A DNA stretch of 63,780 bases, filler included, from Octopus bimaculoides (Eukaryota), in the NCBI RefSeq assembly GCF_001194135.2. It is 6 parts of 6 records of this genome, joined end to end, with 100 filler letters (N's around TTAATTAATTAA, not from the genome) between each part and the next. Parts side by side here need not be neighbours in the genome. Positions count along the whole stretch, not along the records: positions 12,731 to 40,384 come from NC_069005.1; positions 40,485 to 55,225 come from NC_068987.1; 4 more parts are not named here. The stretch is one strand, 5' to 3'. The translations under genes and the position numbers were made by a program. How positions within the stretch are numbered: position 1 is the stretch's first letter; the number at the start of each line of letters is the position of its first letter. The notes under the pieces were generated by a model, which was given only the letters and a program-made list of their open reading frames with translations, did not search any database and was not told where the DNA came from. Positions 35,153 to 47,699 of the stretch are shown in pieces.

Positions 35153-35599
35153 GTATGTTGTTACTGTGTTTCTTTGTGGGGTTTCTTCTTTTTTTTTTCT
35201 TCTGCTTGACCATCAGACCATTGCATGGTTCAACACTACCACCGTCACTATCACCTTTGCCACCACCATGACCACCACTGTCCAAGTACTCGGAGTAGGC
35301 CCTCTGGTTTAAAGGTGACTCCTTATATTGATGTGCTACTTCCTACTGCTACTGCCTGTAGATAGCTGAATCAGTAAGGGATGGTCACATCTGGAAAGCT
35401 TTTGATGATGAGTATTCTTATTCAGTGTTGACTGGGGCTAAACTAAAACTCCTCAGATAAGGAGATGCTGTCTTTCTCATCATTGCCATTATAAGTCCTG
35501 TTTCTAAACAATAGCACACACCATCAACATGCTGCTGGGGTTACAAATATATGAAGCCCAATATATCCATCACGATTACCTTTTCTGATTATTGAATCA

Positions 35600-36016
35600 T
35601 ATCATCTCTCTTTACTCTTTTACTTGTTTCAGTCATTTGACTGCGGCCATACTGGAGCACCGCCTTTTTGTCGAACAAATCGACCCCCAGGACTTATTCT
35701 TTGTAAGCCTAGTACTTATTCTATCGGCCTCTTTTGCCGAACCACTAAGTTACGGGGACGTAAACACACCAGCATCAGTTGTCAAGCGATGTTGGGGGGA
35801 CAAACACAAACACACACACACACACATATATATATATATGTATACATATATACGATGGGCTTCTTTCAGTTTCCGTCTACCAAATCCACTCACAAGGCTT
35901 TGGTTGGCCCGAGGCTATAGTAGAAGACACTTGCCCAAGGTGCCACGTAGTGGGACTGAACCCAGAGCCATGTGGTTGGTAAGCAAGCTACTTACCTCAC
36001 AGCCACTCATACGCCT
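35600..36016 (-). mobile_element. Full-length SINE family A in an SRSF intron
   Basis: Complete reverse-complement tail, internal CA/TA tract, body and head. Confidence 0.85.
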
Positions 36017-36619
36017 GTTTATTTTGTTAGAAATATCAGTAACAAAAGGGTTAACTGGCCACCTTCAAAGTTACTGCCCCAACCCTACCATTTGTAATAT
36101 TCCATTCCCAACCTGTGTACCTGATAATTGAGTTTCGTTGCTCCCTCCGTCTCTCTCTCTCTCTCTCCCCCTCTTGTTGTGTCTTAGAATCTCTCCCTCT
36201 CTCGATATCGTCTCATTCTCCATTTGAGGTGCTCTGTCTGCGTTTGGATCCTTATCATGATATCTTCATTTCCATCATTGAGAGATTTCTGATCTTATAA
36301 TGTTGTTTGCTGCTGATTTCTCTGCAAACACATTATTTTATCACTGCAATTGTCTTTTGCTGGAAACACTTACTGAACCGACTTTTGTTACGTACGTCTG
36401 TGCCTGGAGGCAACCTTGTTAATAAATCTCCGCCCATCCTTAATTTAGTGAAACTTGAGCCTCCACTGTTATCTGAAAAACAGATCAGATGTCATTTGGA
36501 AAACCTTTTTCTCTTTATCACTTAACATTCTTGGCTGTATATATGTACACACAATGTAGGTAGGTTGTCTTACTGCATAGAGAGTTTAGTTTCAAATTAT
36601 ATATGTGTGTGTGTGTGTG

Positions 36620-36665
<46 letters not shown>

Positions 36666-36666
<1 letters not shown>

Positions 36667-36965
36667 GGAGTGGCTGTGGGGTAAGAAGGCACAGGAGTGG
36701 CTGTGTGGTAAGTAGCTTGATTCCCAACCACATGGTTCCTTGGGTAAGTATCTTCTACTATAGCCTTGGGCCGACCAAAGCTTTGTGAGTGGATTTGGTT
36801 GATGGAAACTGAAAGAAGCCCATTGTATGTGTATATATATGTGTGTGTGTGTATTTGTGTGTCTGTGTTTGTCACCCTACCATCGCTTAACAACTGATGT
36901 TGGTATGTTTACGTCCCAGTGACCTAGTGGTTTGGCAAGAGAGACCGATAGAATAAGTACTAGAT
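36666..36965 (+). mobile_element. SINE family A in an SRSF intron, with duplicated 5' end
   Basis: AGGAGTGGCTGTG(G/T)GGTAAG twice in tandem, then body, TG tract and tail start. Confidence 0.8.
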
Positions 36966-37608
36966 CACAATGTAAAGTAATTAAGAGAGGCTAAATCTGG
37001 CTTGTTTGAACCAAAAAAAAAACCCCAGAATACTTTAGATGGATATGACTGGTTTAAGTGCTGAAAAGTTAACCTCTCATCACCTGGCATAAAGCCAACT
37101 TTCTCAATACCATGCCCAGCTTAGTTGGGGGTGGGTCTTGCGAGTTGATGACCTCACTAGTCCCAGTGAAGTGGTTGGTGTTAGGAAGGGCATCAGACCA
37201 TAGAGATTGTAGCAAAACAGACATAGGAGCACAATGGTGTTCTCTGAATTGTTGGGTCATACAAACTTCCTGTTTAAAGTTATTTTACCGAATTTGTCAA
37301 GGTTTATTTTGAAACAAGAAGCAGTGTATTTCAATAGAAATATAGTAACTAAAGGGTCAACCCTTTTGATACCATCCTGCTTGAGTCTACTCTGATTCTA
37401 TGATCTATAAACATTCTGTTTATCATCATCACCATCATTACCATTTAATGTCTGTTGTCCATGCTGGCATGGATTGGATCATCGTCATTTAAACATCAAC
37501 TTTTCCATGCTGGCATGGGTCGGACATGGCTTGTTTTAGATACATTTTTGTATTTTATGATTCTTCCTTGTTAATAGTCTGTTGTCTTTATATGTATTCA
37601 TCATCTAG

Positions 37609-37769
37609 GGATGCTGAAGATGCGGTACGGGAAAGAAATGGCTACAACTATGACAACTACAAGTTGAGAGTTGAATTTCCACGTGGAACTGGACCTGGTG
37701 GAAGGGGCCGAGGTCGCGGAAAAGGTGGACCCCCTTCGCGTCGCTCCCAGTACAGAGTGTTTGTGTCAG
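37609..37769 (+). CDS. SRSF1: SRSF exon: RRM1 end plus Gly/Arg linker
   Basis: TAG acceptor; [26 protein letters not shown]...[15 protein letters not shown]; donor G|GTAAGT; 161 nt, phase 2/1. Confidence 0.95.
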
Positions 37770-37914
37770 GTAAGTGACCCTTTTGTTAATTAACCGATTT
37801 TCTTAAAGCCGAGGCCCTAAATTTGGATTACTTACAACTCCCTGCATTGTCACTTTATTTGGTGACGGGCTTATTTTTTAACCCCCCCCCCCTCTCCGCC
37901 CCGTCAAATCATCA

Positions 37915-38141
37915 TCATCATCATCGCTTAACGTCCGCTTTCCATGCTAGCATGGGTTGGACGATTTGACTGAGGACTGGTGAACCAGGTGGCTACACCA
38001 GGCTCCAATCTGATCTGGCAGAGTTTCTACAGCTGGATGCCCTTCCTAACGCCAACCACTCAGAGAGTGTAGTGGGTGCTTTTACGTGTCACCGGCACGA
38101 GGGCCAGTCAGGTGGTACTGGCAATGGCCACGCTCAAAATG
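37915..38141 (-). mobile_element. SINE family D in an SRSF intron (runs into an N gap)
   Basis: ATCATCATCGCTTAACGTCCGCTTTCCATGCTAGC...GGCCACGCTCAAAATG. Confidence 0.8.
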
Positions 38142-38445
38142 NNNNNNNNNNNNNNNNNNNNNNNNNNNNNNNNNNNNNNNNNNNNNNNNNNNNNNNNNNN
38201 NNNNNNNNNNNNNNNNNNNNNNNNNNNNNNNNNNNNNNNNNNNNNNNNNNNNNNNNNNNNNNNNNNNNNNNNNNNNNNNNNNNNNNNNNNNNNNNNNNNN
38301 NNNNNNNNNNNNNNNNNNNNNNNNNNNNNNNNNNNNNNNNNNNNNNNNNNNNNNNNAAAATATTAAAATAAGGAAAGATATTGTATAGCCTGTTATTAAA
38401 AATAAAACAAAAAAAAAAACCCCTAAAAATAATTGTTTATTTAAG

Positions 38446-38618
38446 GTTTACCAAAATCTGGCAGCTGGCAGGACTTGAAGGATCATATGCGTGAAGCTGG
38501 TGATGTCTGCTATGCAGATGTTTTCAACGATGGCTCTGGAATGGTGGAATTTCTGAGATATGAAGACATGCGGTATGCTGTGAAGTACCTGAATGAATCT
38601 AAATTCCGATCTCATGAG
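38446..38618 (+). CDS. SRSF1: SRSF exon: pseudo-RRM (RRM2)
   Basis: AAG acceptor; [26 protein letters not shown]...KFRSHE (hallmark SWQDLKD); donor GAG|GTAAAC; 173 nt, phase 1/0. Confidence 0.96.
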
Positions 38619-38624
38619 GTAAAC

Positions 38625-38673
<49 letters not shown>

Positions 38674-38854
38674 ACCCGTGTAACTTAGCAGTTTGACAAT
38701 AAAGTACTGGAGTAGATTCATTTGACTAAAAGTCCTTCAAGGTGGTGCCCCAGCATGGCCAGAGTCAAATGACTGAAACAGAAAAATGAAAATATATATA
38801 TCTATACATATATATCTATGGTGATGCTCCAGCATGGCTGCAGTCAAATGCCTA

Positions 38855-38979
38855 GGCGAAGGTTCCGGGTTCAGTCCTACTGCATGGCACCTTGGGCAAG
38901 TGCATTCTACCATAGCCTCGGGCCGACCAAAGCTTTGTGAGTGGATTTGGTAGATGGAAACTGAAAGAAACCCGTCGTG

Positions 38980-38982
<3 letters not shown>
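38855..38982 (+). mobile_element. SINE family A head/body (tail fragments at ~38685-38850)
   Basis: GGTTCCGGGTTCAGTCCTACTGCATGGCACCTTGGGCAAGTG...GAAAGAAACCCGTCGT. Confidence 0.75.
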
Positions 38983-39011
<29 letters not shown>

Positions 39012-39262
39012 ATGCACATTAAGAGTAAAGTCACATTTTGTGAATTACACATAAAAAATGTAATTAAAACAAATTTATTAAACTTTTAAACTCCCCTGTG
39101 ACTTCTGGCCCACCCATCTATGTATGTATGTATGTATATATGTGTATGAATGTGTGTGTATATATATTTCCCTACCTTCCAATTGGTCTCTCTATCTCTC
39201 TCTTCTGTATTTTATCTCTGTGTCACTCTCACTTGATAAAAATATTTATTCATTTACCCCAG

Positions 39263-39439
39263 GGTGAACAAGCCTACGTCCGTGTGAAACAAGACTACCG
39301 AGGACCTTCCCGTTCCAGAAGCAGAAGCTATTCTCCACGACGCACTCGAGATTCGCCACGCTACACACCAATGAGGCTGCGCTCTCGCTCACCCTCATCT
39401 CTCTCCACATCCTACTCTCGTTCCAGATCACCATTCTGA
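39263..39439 (+). CDS. SRSF1: SRSF terminal exon: RS domain
   Basis: CAG acceptor; GEQAYVRVKQDYRGPSRSRSRSYSPRR...SYSRSRSPF-TGA; 177 nt. Confidence 0.93.
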   Translation, partial: GEQAYVRVKQDYRGPSRSRSRSYSPRRTRDSPRYTPMRLRSRSPSSLSTSYSRSRSPF

Positions 39440-40158
39440 ACTGAAACAAACCATTTTTTTCCCTTTTATTAATCTGTCTGTGTGTATGGGTCAAGTATGG
39501 CTCCAATGGATACGACACTACATTTTCTTTTCTCTTCTCTTCCATTTCTCATTGTTTAGTTGTCACATTTTTCATCAAATCTGGTGTGTGGATGGATTAA
39601 GGACTGGGCATTGAAAGTAGGGATGGGGTGGGTGGTGGGGGCCAATCTTTAGATTAAGATAATTGGAACTTAGCTTTGTAATCTTTGAACTCCTTTGTCC
39701 TTTCTTTTCAGCTTTTTCCCTACCCTTTGTTATGACTTTTTCACAACAAATTTCTTTGTACTTTTTAATGATTTCACATTACAATTTAGCATTGAATGAA
39801 ATAATTTGTGATTATAACCACAACAACAACAATAATTATAATAATAATAATCTTTCCCCTCCCCTTCATTTTTTTGTTTTCAAATTTTTTTCTTTAAGAA
39901 GTTCTTTTTGTAGAAAAATAACAGAAAAAAAATTATTTGGGTCTCACCCCTAATAAAAGTTTGGTGAAATGCTTCATTAGAATTTGATAATATATACGTA
40001 TACCCATGTGTGTGTGTATATTTCTATACATACATACACACGCATTTCTGCTTTACTTCGTGGTATAAAAAAACATAACTATATACATGTTGTGTGTCAG
40101 AAGTGTGTATAGCTTGTCATATACATAGGATGTGTGTATGTATCTATGTGTGTATGTA

Positions 40159-40210
<52 letters not shown>

Positions 40211-40384
40211 GTCGAAGCTATTGCAATGTATTTTTTGACTTGACCTTGCTTTCAATATCACATCTTTTCCTTTTCTCTGCCATTTCTTCTACTACTCTTC
40301 TCGTCTCGTCTCTCTCTCTCTCTCTCACCCTCACCCTCCATCCTCCCTATTTTACCATTTTCCTCTTCCAGCTGGGGGGGGGGG

Positions 40385-40484
40385 NNNNNNNNNNNNNNNN
40401 NNNNNNNNNNNNNNNNNNNNNNNNNNNNTTAATTAATTAANNNNNNNNNNNNNNNNNNNNNNNNNNNNNNNNNNNNNNNNNNNN
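40385..40484. other. Artificial scaffold-joining spacer
   Basis: 44 N + TTAATTAATTAA (40429-40440) + 44 N. Confidence 0.95.
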
Positions 40485-41879
40485 CATATTAGATTTTTAA
40501 GATATTCATCTTGACCAGTTCGCGAGTGTGTTTGAATATGAAAGTTGGTAGCCTTTAGGAGAAATATGGACCCATAAATGTATCTGCCCCCTATGTATGT
40601 TATTTTCGATATATTCTTCATGGAGGAATCGATTGCGACTGGAATGGTGCTATTGGTGTCGCTGATTATTGGTAGACAACCGATATTCAGATGGAATAGT
40701 TGGTGATAATTAATGACAGTGAAAAAGCTTATGATGATGTTGATGATGATGTCTAGTATAATGGCATTAATAATTATGGCAGCGAGTTTTGATGGTGATG
40801 ATGGTTGTAATTACTGATTTGAATAATACGATGACAAGTATAGTAATGATAACAATTATCTTCATTAGTGTCATGGCTGTCTTTATGTTCATATCGATTA
40901 TGGCAGCGATGGTACGACCAATCATGTTGATGATGGTCATAATCTTCATGATTATTTTATTGATCATGATTTTGATCATTATAATATTCATGAGAATGTT
41001 CATAAATATTTAGTTGCCGAATCAGATGGATCTAGGAAAAATAGCGATGGTTTTAACAAGTTCTTTCTTCGATAACCTACCTAAATGTTGTTTGTTTTAA
41101 AGGTTATTTCAATTATAAATTGAATTAGATTTACATAATATTTTCCACAACTAATTTTAATCAAACCTCTTGAGAATAACCTATCAAAAGTTAATATTTT
41201 AACGTATATTTTTCGCTTGCAATTTTTTGGACAGTTGTTCTAATGCGACCACAAAATATGTACAGGGTTTATTGTTCTGGTCGCGGCAAAACCGTCCAAG
41301 GTGTTCAACTCTATGTTATTATGTCATGCAAATGCCAGAAACTAATAGCACGACCACAGCTGGTGTTGATCCTTTTTTTCATGCTGTTAATGCTAATTTT
41401 TCATTCTTTCTGCTATTATTTTGACTTTGGAACACAAATACAGTGATCTTTCGTCATACCATGTCATAAAATATTAAGCGCAATTACAGTTATCTTCGAC
41501 TGCATTAACAGAATATGTCAATCTTTCCATGACGTTGTTTTATAGTTTAAGAATGAGATACTCATCACGTCTTACCACGTTGATAAATACACTGTCAAAC
41601 GAACGAGTGAGAGTTTAGATTTGAAAGCTACACTAGCATAGCTCAAAATATAACACACAGCCTTTCGTAGATAAACGAAATTCTACAACCAAACATCAGA
41701 ATGACGCCAACTATCACGAACGACACTATAATATCTCCAATGAGATATTATATACAAAGTAGACAGCTAATATCTGATAAAGATTGCACACACACTCGTT
41801 AAGCTATATCTTGGTCCCTTTTATTGAACGTTTTGTATATCCACTATCGCAGTACCCACCACGCCATCAGATGCTGTGA

Positions 41880-42210
41880 TACACCGCAGGTCACAATGCG
41901 CTTTGAACTCTGTCGTGCGGCACCATTCTGTTCCATCTTAACTCGAGTTGATTGGACTGAATCATTTTGCCGTCGTTACTGAGGCCTCCCAAGTGGTCTT
42001 TTTCGATCGCTTGGATACCATTCGGCAACTGCATGCGCCAGTCCCTACTCTGTTGATTTTGCTAATTGATCAGCTCAGGGTAACTTATGCTTTCCGTACT
42101 CTGTGATCAAACCTTTTATTCCACTCCGCCCTCGAAATCTTTCATTTCGAATGTGCAGTCTTCGTGATAATCCTAGCATGGATCTTTCCATGGCCTTTTT
42201 TTTTATCGTA
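41880..42210 (-). mobile_element. Decayed RTE-clade LINE C-terminal fragment
   Basis: Minus translation with frameshifts: AMERSMLGLSRRLHIRNED...AEWYPSDRKRPLGRP. Confidence 0.65.
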
Positions 42211-42299
42211 GAGGTAATCAACAGTCTCCACACCCAGCCATTGGGTGGGATGGCCTCACACTCGAATTATACAAAATAGGTAATAACAGAGTGTAGCCA

Positions 42300-43436
42300 A
42301 TCTCATGAATGATATCATGTGAAAGTGCTGCGCACAGAAGACAAACATGTCTCGGATCACAACATAATAGAGCTGTTTATTTATGAACCAAAAAAGCCTG
42401 CAGACGTACAGTCGATACAAAATCTCTCCAAACTAAATTTTCATGAAGCAAACTGTAAGTTAATCGAGGAAGAGATCCTCATACAGGATTGACTTAAATG
42501 TCTCTTCATACCAGACATTGTCATAAAGCAGAAACATTTCGTGTCCTTAATGCAAGCCATATATGACAAATCTGTCTTCGGGCCCCTGCTATTTATAGTG
42601 GCCTTCTCAGACATCCCCTCAGTTGCTCAGATACACAAAAACAAAATCCGCAGGAAAAGGAAAATTTTTATGACACGGTGGACAAAGATTGCAAACCGTC
42701 TGAGCAAGCACTTCAAAAGTAGTAAGCAGTCCTGCCTGGAGAGAGCGCTGTTGAAAACTTAGAAAAGTCTGCATGAATCGCATACAAAAAAAAAAAACAC
42801 ACACAGAAGAGATAAATAAGTCCGGGTTATAGAAAATATGAGGTCGAACCCTAAGGCTTTAAATTTGTCAAGGAAACAGTCTCAATACTCCACAAGATAT
42901 GTCCCCTCTTCCAAAAAGATGGTTCCCTCACAGGAAACCCAATGAGGATAAGTGAAATATTGAACGAACAGTTCCAAAGTGTGTTCATTACAGCTCTAGG
43001 ACACAGGCAAGTGAACAAACTAGCAGAATTCTTTGCCACTTTACCTAAAACCAAAGAGGTGAAAATTGATTACATCAACATTAATGAAGATGATATAACA
43101 CTGGCTATAGATGAGGTTGATACACACTCAGCTGGTGGCCGTGATGGATTCCCAGAAATCCTCAAATCGTGCAAACGAGCCACTACAAAACCACTGCACC
43201 TTCTGTTTCTGAGTTTTCTTGCAAGTGGTAAGCTCCCAGACAAACTGAAGGAAGGAATAATATTTCCTATCCAAAAAGGAGGAAGCAGAGCAGATGCTAA
43301 AGATTATAGGCCTATCTCTCTGACGTCACACAGCAGCAAAGTCATACAACGAATAAACCGGAAGAAATTGTTAATTGACACCCAGCATGGATTACGACCA
43401 GGGAGAAGCTGCCCGACACAACTCTTACAACACAGA
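42300..43436 (+). mobile_element. CR1-clade LINE ORF2 remnant (APE end, linker, RT start)
   Basis: ..KHVSDHNIIELF (APE SDH motif), ..RSNPKAF.., then ORF 42942-43448 with KLPDKLKEGIIFPIQKGGSRADAKDYRPISLTSHSSKV and QHGLRPGRSCPTQLL. Confidence 0.8.
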
Positions 43437-43790
43437 AATAGAGAATAAGAAACCAGACATAGTGTTAATTGAGAAAGAAAGCAAATGATGCTGGATTATA
43501 GATGTTACTTGCCCAGCTGATAACAAGTTATAGATAGATATGACAGGTTTGCTTGGGAGGTTAAGTGGTTGTGGTCGATTTAAAAGGAGTTAGTAGTACC
43601 AATAAGTGTCGGAGCCCTGGGCACAGTAAGTAAAATCTTGAGAAGTACATGGAAGAAATAGGGGCTTCAATAAAGGTGGAGCGCTTGCAGAAAACAGCAC
43701 TGATTAGAACCGCTCGAATACTCCGGACGATGCTCGAAAAATAAGAGGTGTTACCTCAGTTCACTGGTAGTGAACAGCCGACACAGTAGC
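43437..43790 (+). mobile_element. R4/Dong-type LINE 3' end (restriction-like endonuclease) abutting (GAA)n
   Basis: KPDIVLIEKE..WIIDVTCPAD (PD..D motif) ..VVPISVGALGTV..LQKTALIRTARILR, TAA at 43742-43744, short UTR with GTTCACT/AGTGAAC hairpin. Confidence 0.75.
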
Positions 43791-44800
43791 AGAAGAAGAA
43801 GAAGAAGTTAGAAGAANNNNNNNNNNNNNNNNNNNNNNNNNNNNNNNNNNNNNNNNNNNNNNNNNNNNNNNNNNNNNNNNNNNNNNNNNNNNNNNNNNNN
43901 NNNNNNNNNNNNNNNNNNNNNNNNNNNNNNNNNNNNNNNNNNNNNNNNNNNNNNNNNNNNNNNNNNNNNNNNNNNNNNNNNNNNNNNNNNNNNNNNNNNN
44001 NNNNNNNNNNNNNNNNNNNNNNNNNNNNNNNNNNNNNNNNNNNNNNNNNNNNNNNNNNNNNNNNNNNNNNNNNNNNNNNNNNNNNNNNNNNNNNNNNNNN
44101 NNNNNNNNNNNNNNNNNNNNNNNNNNNNNNNNNNNNNNNNNNNNNNNNNNNNNNNNNNNNNNNNNNNNNNNNNNNNNNNNNNNNNNNNNNNNNNNNNNNN
44201 NNNNNNNNNNNNNNNNNNNNNNNNNNNNNNNNNNNNNNNNNNNNNNNNNNNNNNNNNNNNNNNNNNNNNNNNNNNNNNNNNNNNNNNNNNNNNNNNNNNN
44301 NNNNNNNNNNNNNNNNNNNNNNNNNNNNNNNNNNNNNNNNNNNNNNNNNNNNNNNNNNNNNNNNNNNNNNNNNNNNNNNNNNNNNNNNNNNNNNNNNNNN
44401 NNNNNNNNNNNNNNNNNNNNNNNNNNNNNNNNNNNNNNNNNNNNNNNNNNNNNNNNNNNNNNNNNNNNNNNNNNNNNNNNNNNNNNNNNNNNNNNNNNNN
44501 NNNNNNNNNNNNNNNNNNNNNNNNNNNNNNNNNNNNNNNNNNNNNNNNNNNNNNNNNNNNNNNNNNNNNNNNNNNNNNNNNNNNNNNNNNNNNNNNNNNN
44601 NNNNNNNNNNNNNNNNNNNNNNNNNGAAGAAGAAAAAGAAGAAGAAGAAGAAGAAGAAGAAAAAGAAGAAGAAAAAGAAGAAGAAGAAGAAAAAGAAGAA
44701 GAAGAAGAAGAAGAAGAAGAAGAAGAAGAAGAAGAAGAAAAAGAAGAAGAAGAAGAAGAAGAAGAAGAAGAAGAAGAAGAAGAAGAAGAAGAAGAAGAAG
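43791..44800. repeat. (GAA)n microsatellite spanning an N gap
   Basis: GAA runs on both sides of the 43817-44625 gap. Confidence 0.9.
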
Positions 44801-44959
44801 ATAATACTACCCTGATACTGTATTATAGAGAAGCTCTCATGGCTTCTGGTTTTAAGTGATTGGGAGTGTTATCATGCATATGTTTTGTGTTGGTTCAAAA
44901 GATTGGGCTGGTTCCAAAATATGGAACTTAGATCAATGTTCTTGTCGAGGCGGAGACTC

Positions 44960-46260
44960 GCAGGAACGTCAGCACACCTGGAAAACGATCAGCGGCATTT
45001 CATCCGTTTTTACGTTCTGAGTTCAAATTCCACCGACGTCGACTTTGCCTTTCATCTGTTCGGGGTCGATAAAATAAGTATCAGTTAAGCGCTTGAGTCG
45101 AAAGGCAAATTTGACCTCGGCGGAATTTGAATGAAGAACGCAAAGACGGATGGAATGATGCTAAGTATACTTTTCTACTCTAAGTACAGGACCCTAAATT
45201 TTGGGGGAGGGACCAATCGATTAGATCGACACCAGTATGCAACTGGTACTTAATTTATCGACTCCCAAAGGATAAAAGGGAAAATCGACCTTGGCGGTAT
45301 TTGAATGAAGAACGGAAAGATGGATGAGCGCTAATACTGCAATTCTCATTATAATTGTCATTAAAATGAAATTTGCTCATTTAAATAATTACTGTCTAAA
45401 TTTCAATAAAAAATATGTTTCTTATTTTAATTGCATAATTTCTTCTCTTCTTGTAATAATTTCAGACACATTTCTTCAAATATTAAACAATATTCAGTTT
45501 TCCATGGAATTCTTTTCATATCCGGATTAGCCATACATTTCCTGTTATCATAATGGCTTCCATTTGCAAGGTTTTTTGTAATATTCTTGATGGAATATTA
45601 TAGAAAATATCAAGAATGTTGATTGAAATAGAGCTTCTGCAGATTTCATTTAAAACCAAAAGCGACTGCCATAACATTTATTTCTTTATTTCCCACAGTG
45701 GGCTAAATATAGAGGGGACAAACAAGGACAGACAAAGGGGTTAAATCGATTACATAAACCCCAGTGCATAACTGGTACTTAATTTATCGACCCCGAAAGG
45801 ATGAAAAGGTAAAGTTTAACCTCGGTGGATTTTGAACTCAGAACGTAAAGACAGACGAAATACCACTAAGCATTTCGCCCGGCGTGCTAACCATTCTACC
45901 AGCTCACCACCGTCACTGCCATAACATTGTGGCCACCATCCCTTTGACCCATTTATTATTGATTGTAATAATTTATTTTATAGCAGTTACTCATTTGTCT
46001 TTCGGAGACACAAACTCTTAAAATTACTTATTTCTTTACTACCCACAAGGGGCTACACACAGAGGGGACAAACAAGGACAGACAAAGAGATGAAGTCGAT
46101 TATATCGAACCAGTGCGTAACTGGTACTTATTTAATCGACCCCGAAAGGATGAAAGGCAAAGTCGACCTCGGCGGAATTTGAACTCAGAACGTAATGGCA
46201 GACGAAATACCGCTAAGCATTTCTCCCGACGTGCTAACGTTTCTGACAGCTCGCCGCCAT
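44960..46260. mobile_element. Cluster of SINE family B copies (~44960-45090 +, ~45095-45320 - fragments, 45690-45910 -, 46030-46260 -)
   Basis: Repeated GTCGACTTTGCCTTTCATC / GATGAAAGGCAAAGTCGAC and GGGGACAAACAAGGACAGAC modules. Confidence 0.75.
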
Positions 46261-47387
46261 AAACTCTTAAAATTACTGCTCAATGATCAGTCTCCTCCAA
46301 GGTCCCTTAAAATGTAAGCATTCGGTTCGCTCTCAGATTTTCTAAGACTGTTCGTCTGTCATCAATAGATATTATTCCATTGTGTGTCTGTGCGTGTGCG
46401 TGAGTGTGTATCTGTGTTCGGGCGTCTTCGTATCTGTGTCTGTCACTCATCACTGCTTGACAATAGGCGTCCCCGGAATTTAGCAGTTCGGTAAAAAGGT
46501 AATGAGAAAATAAAAATAATCAGGCTTAAAAAAATAACTTTAGTTCGATTCATGCGACCAAAAATATTCTTCTAGGCGATACTCTAATGACTGAAACAAG
46601 TAAAAGATGAAATATCAAACTTGTCACTGGGGAGATGTTGACAATTAACTCACTGCTATCTCTCCTGAAAAAGTACTTCCCGTGGAAGAAAGATGATAAC
46701 CCAAAACATCTCTTGAGTTTGCACTGAGGGATATTAATACAGGACTGATAGTTTAAGAAAATGAAGATTAGAAAATATTGTGAACCTGTTGTAGAAGATA
46801 ATACATTTTGGAGAGAATGTGAACCGCCGATACTTCAATATATTAGACAATAGAAAACTCTGAAATACAAAGTGACTGAAGGAATCGGTGCATTTGTTAA
46901 AGCTTGATACCGTCATCCATAATTCTAGTTTAGATATGAAGACAACATGCGTATCTATCATTAATGAACGTTAAGCAGTAACGCATTTTAGGGTAGGTGG
47001 GTGAATATCAAAGAATATTGGAAGATTGACATTAAAAATACAAATTTTTTGTTACTCAGTTGACAGTACGTGAAAATAACGAAATGGGAAAACAGTAAGA
47101 AAAGCAATTAAAATAGTGTACATCCATTTTGATGATCAACGTCAGTATGGATACCACATTTTCATTAGATCAATCCGCACAACAGGTATAATAGAAATAA
47201 ATCAGGGCATGAACAATGTTGTGACTCTCACCTATACCCCTATTTTGAATAAATGGTTATTTTTTTCCAATATTTAAGGAATGTAACCGCATATGACAGT
47301 CACTTGCAGATATACCAGTGTACGAATGCGCTATCGATAATAACTGAGTTGAGGACATTAAACTAAATGAATCAGCGTATATATATG

Positions 47388-47419
<32 letters not shown>

Positions 47420-47699
47420 TGTATGTATGCATGGTAGTGTTCAGTTTTATTTCAAGATTTCTTGCCAATAAAGAAAGAGCCAGTTTCTAACCTAGATGCA
47501 GGGCTCCTTCATTGGAATTTCAACATCAGCACAAGGTACTTTTGTATGTATGTATGTATGTATGTATGTAGGTATGTATGGATGTATGCATGTGTGTATG
47601 TGTGTATGAATATGTGCAGATTTGTATGTTTGCTTATGTATGTATTCTCATAAACGTAGTTGCATATCTAAACATGCATATATATATTTAAATGGTTAA

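Noticed and set aside
40740-41010. Met/Ile-rich ORFs 40767-41003 and 40789-41013
   Set aside because: Degenerate GAT/ATG low-complexity sequence.
42942-43448. 168-aa ORF as a host gene
   Set aside because: It is a CR1 RT fragment with flanking stops and frameshifts.
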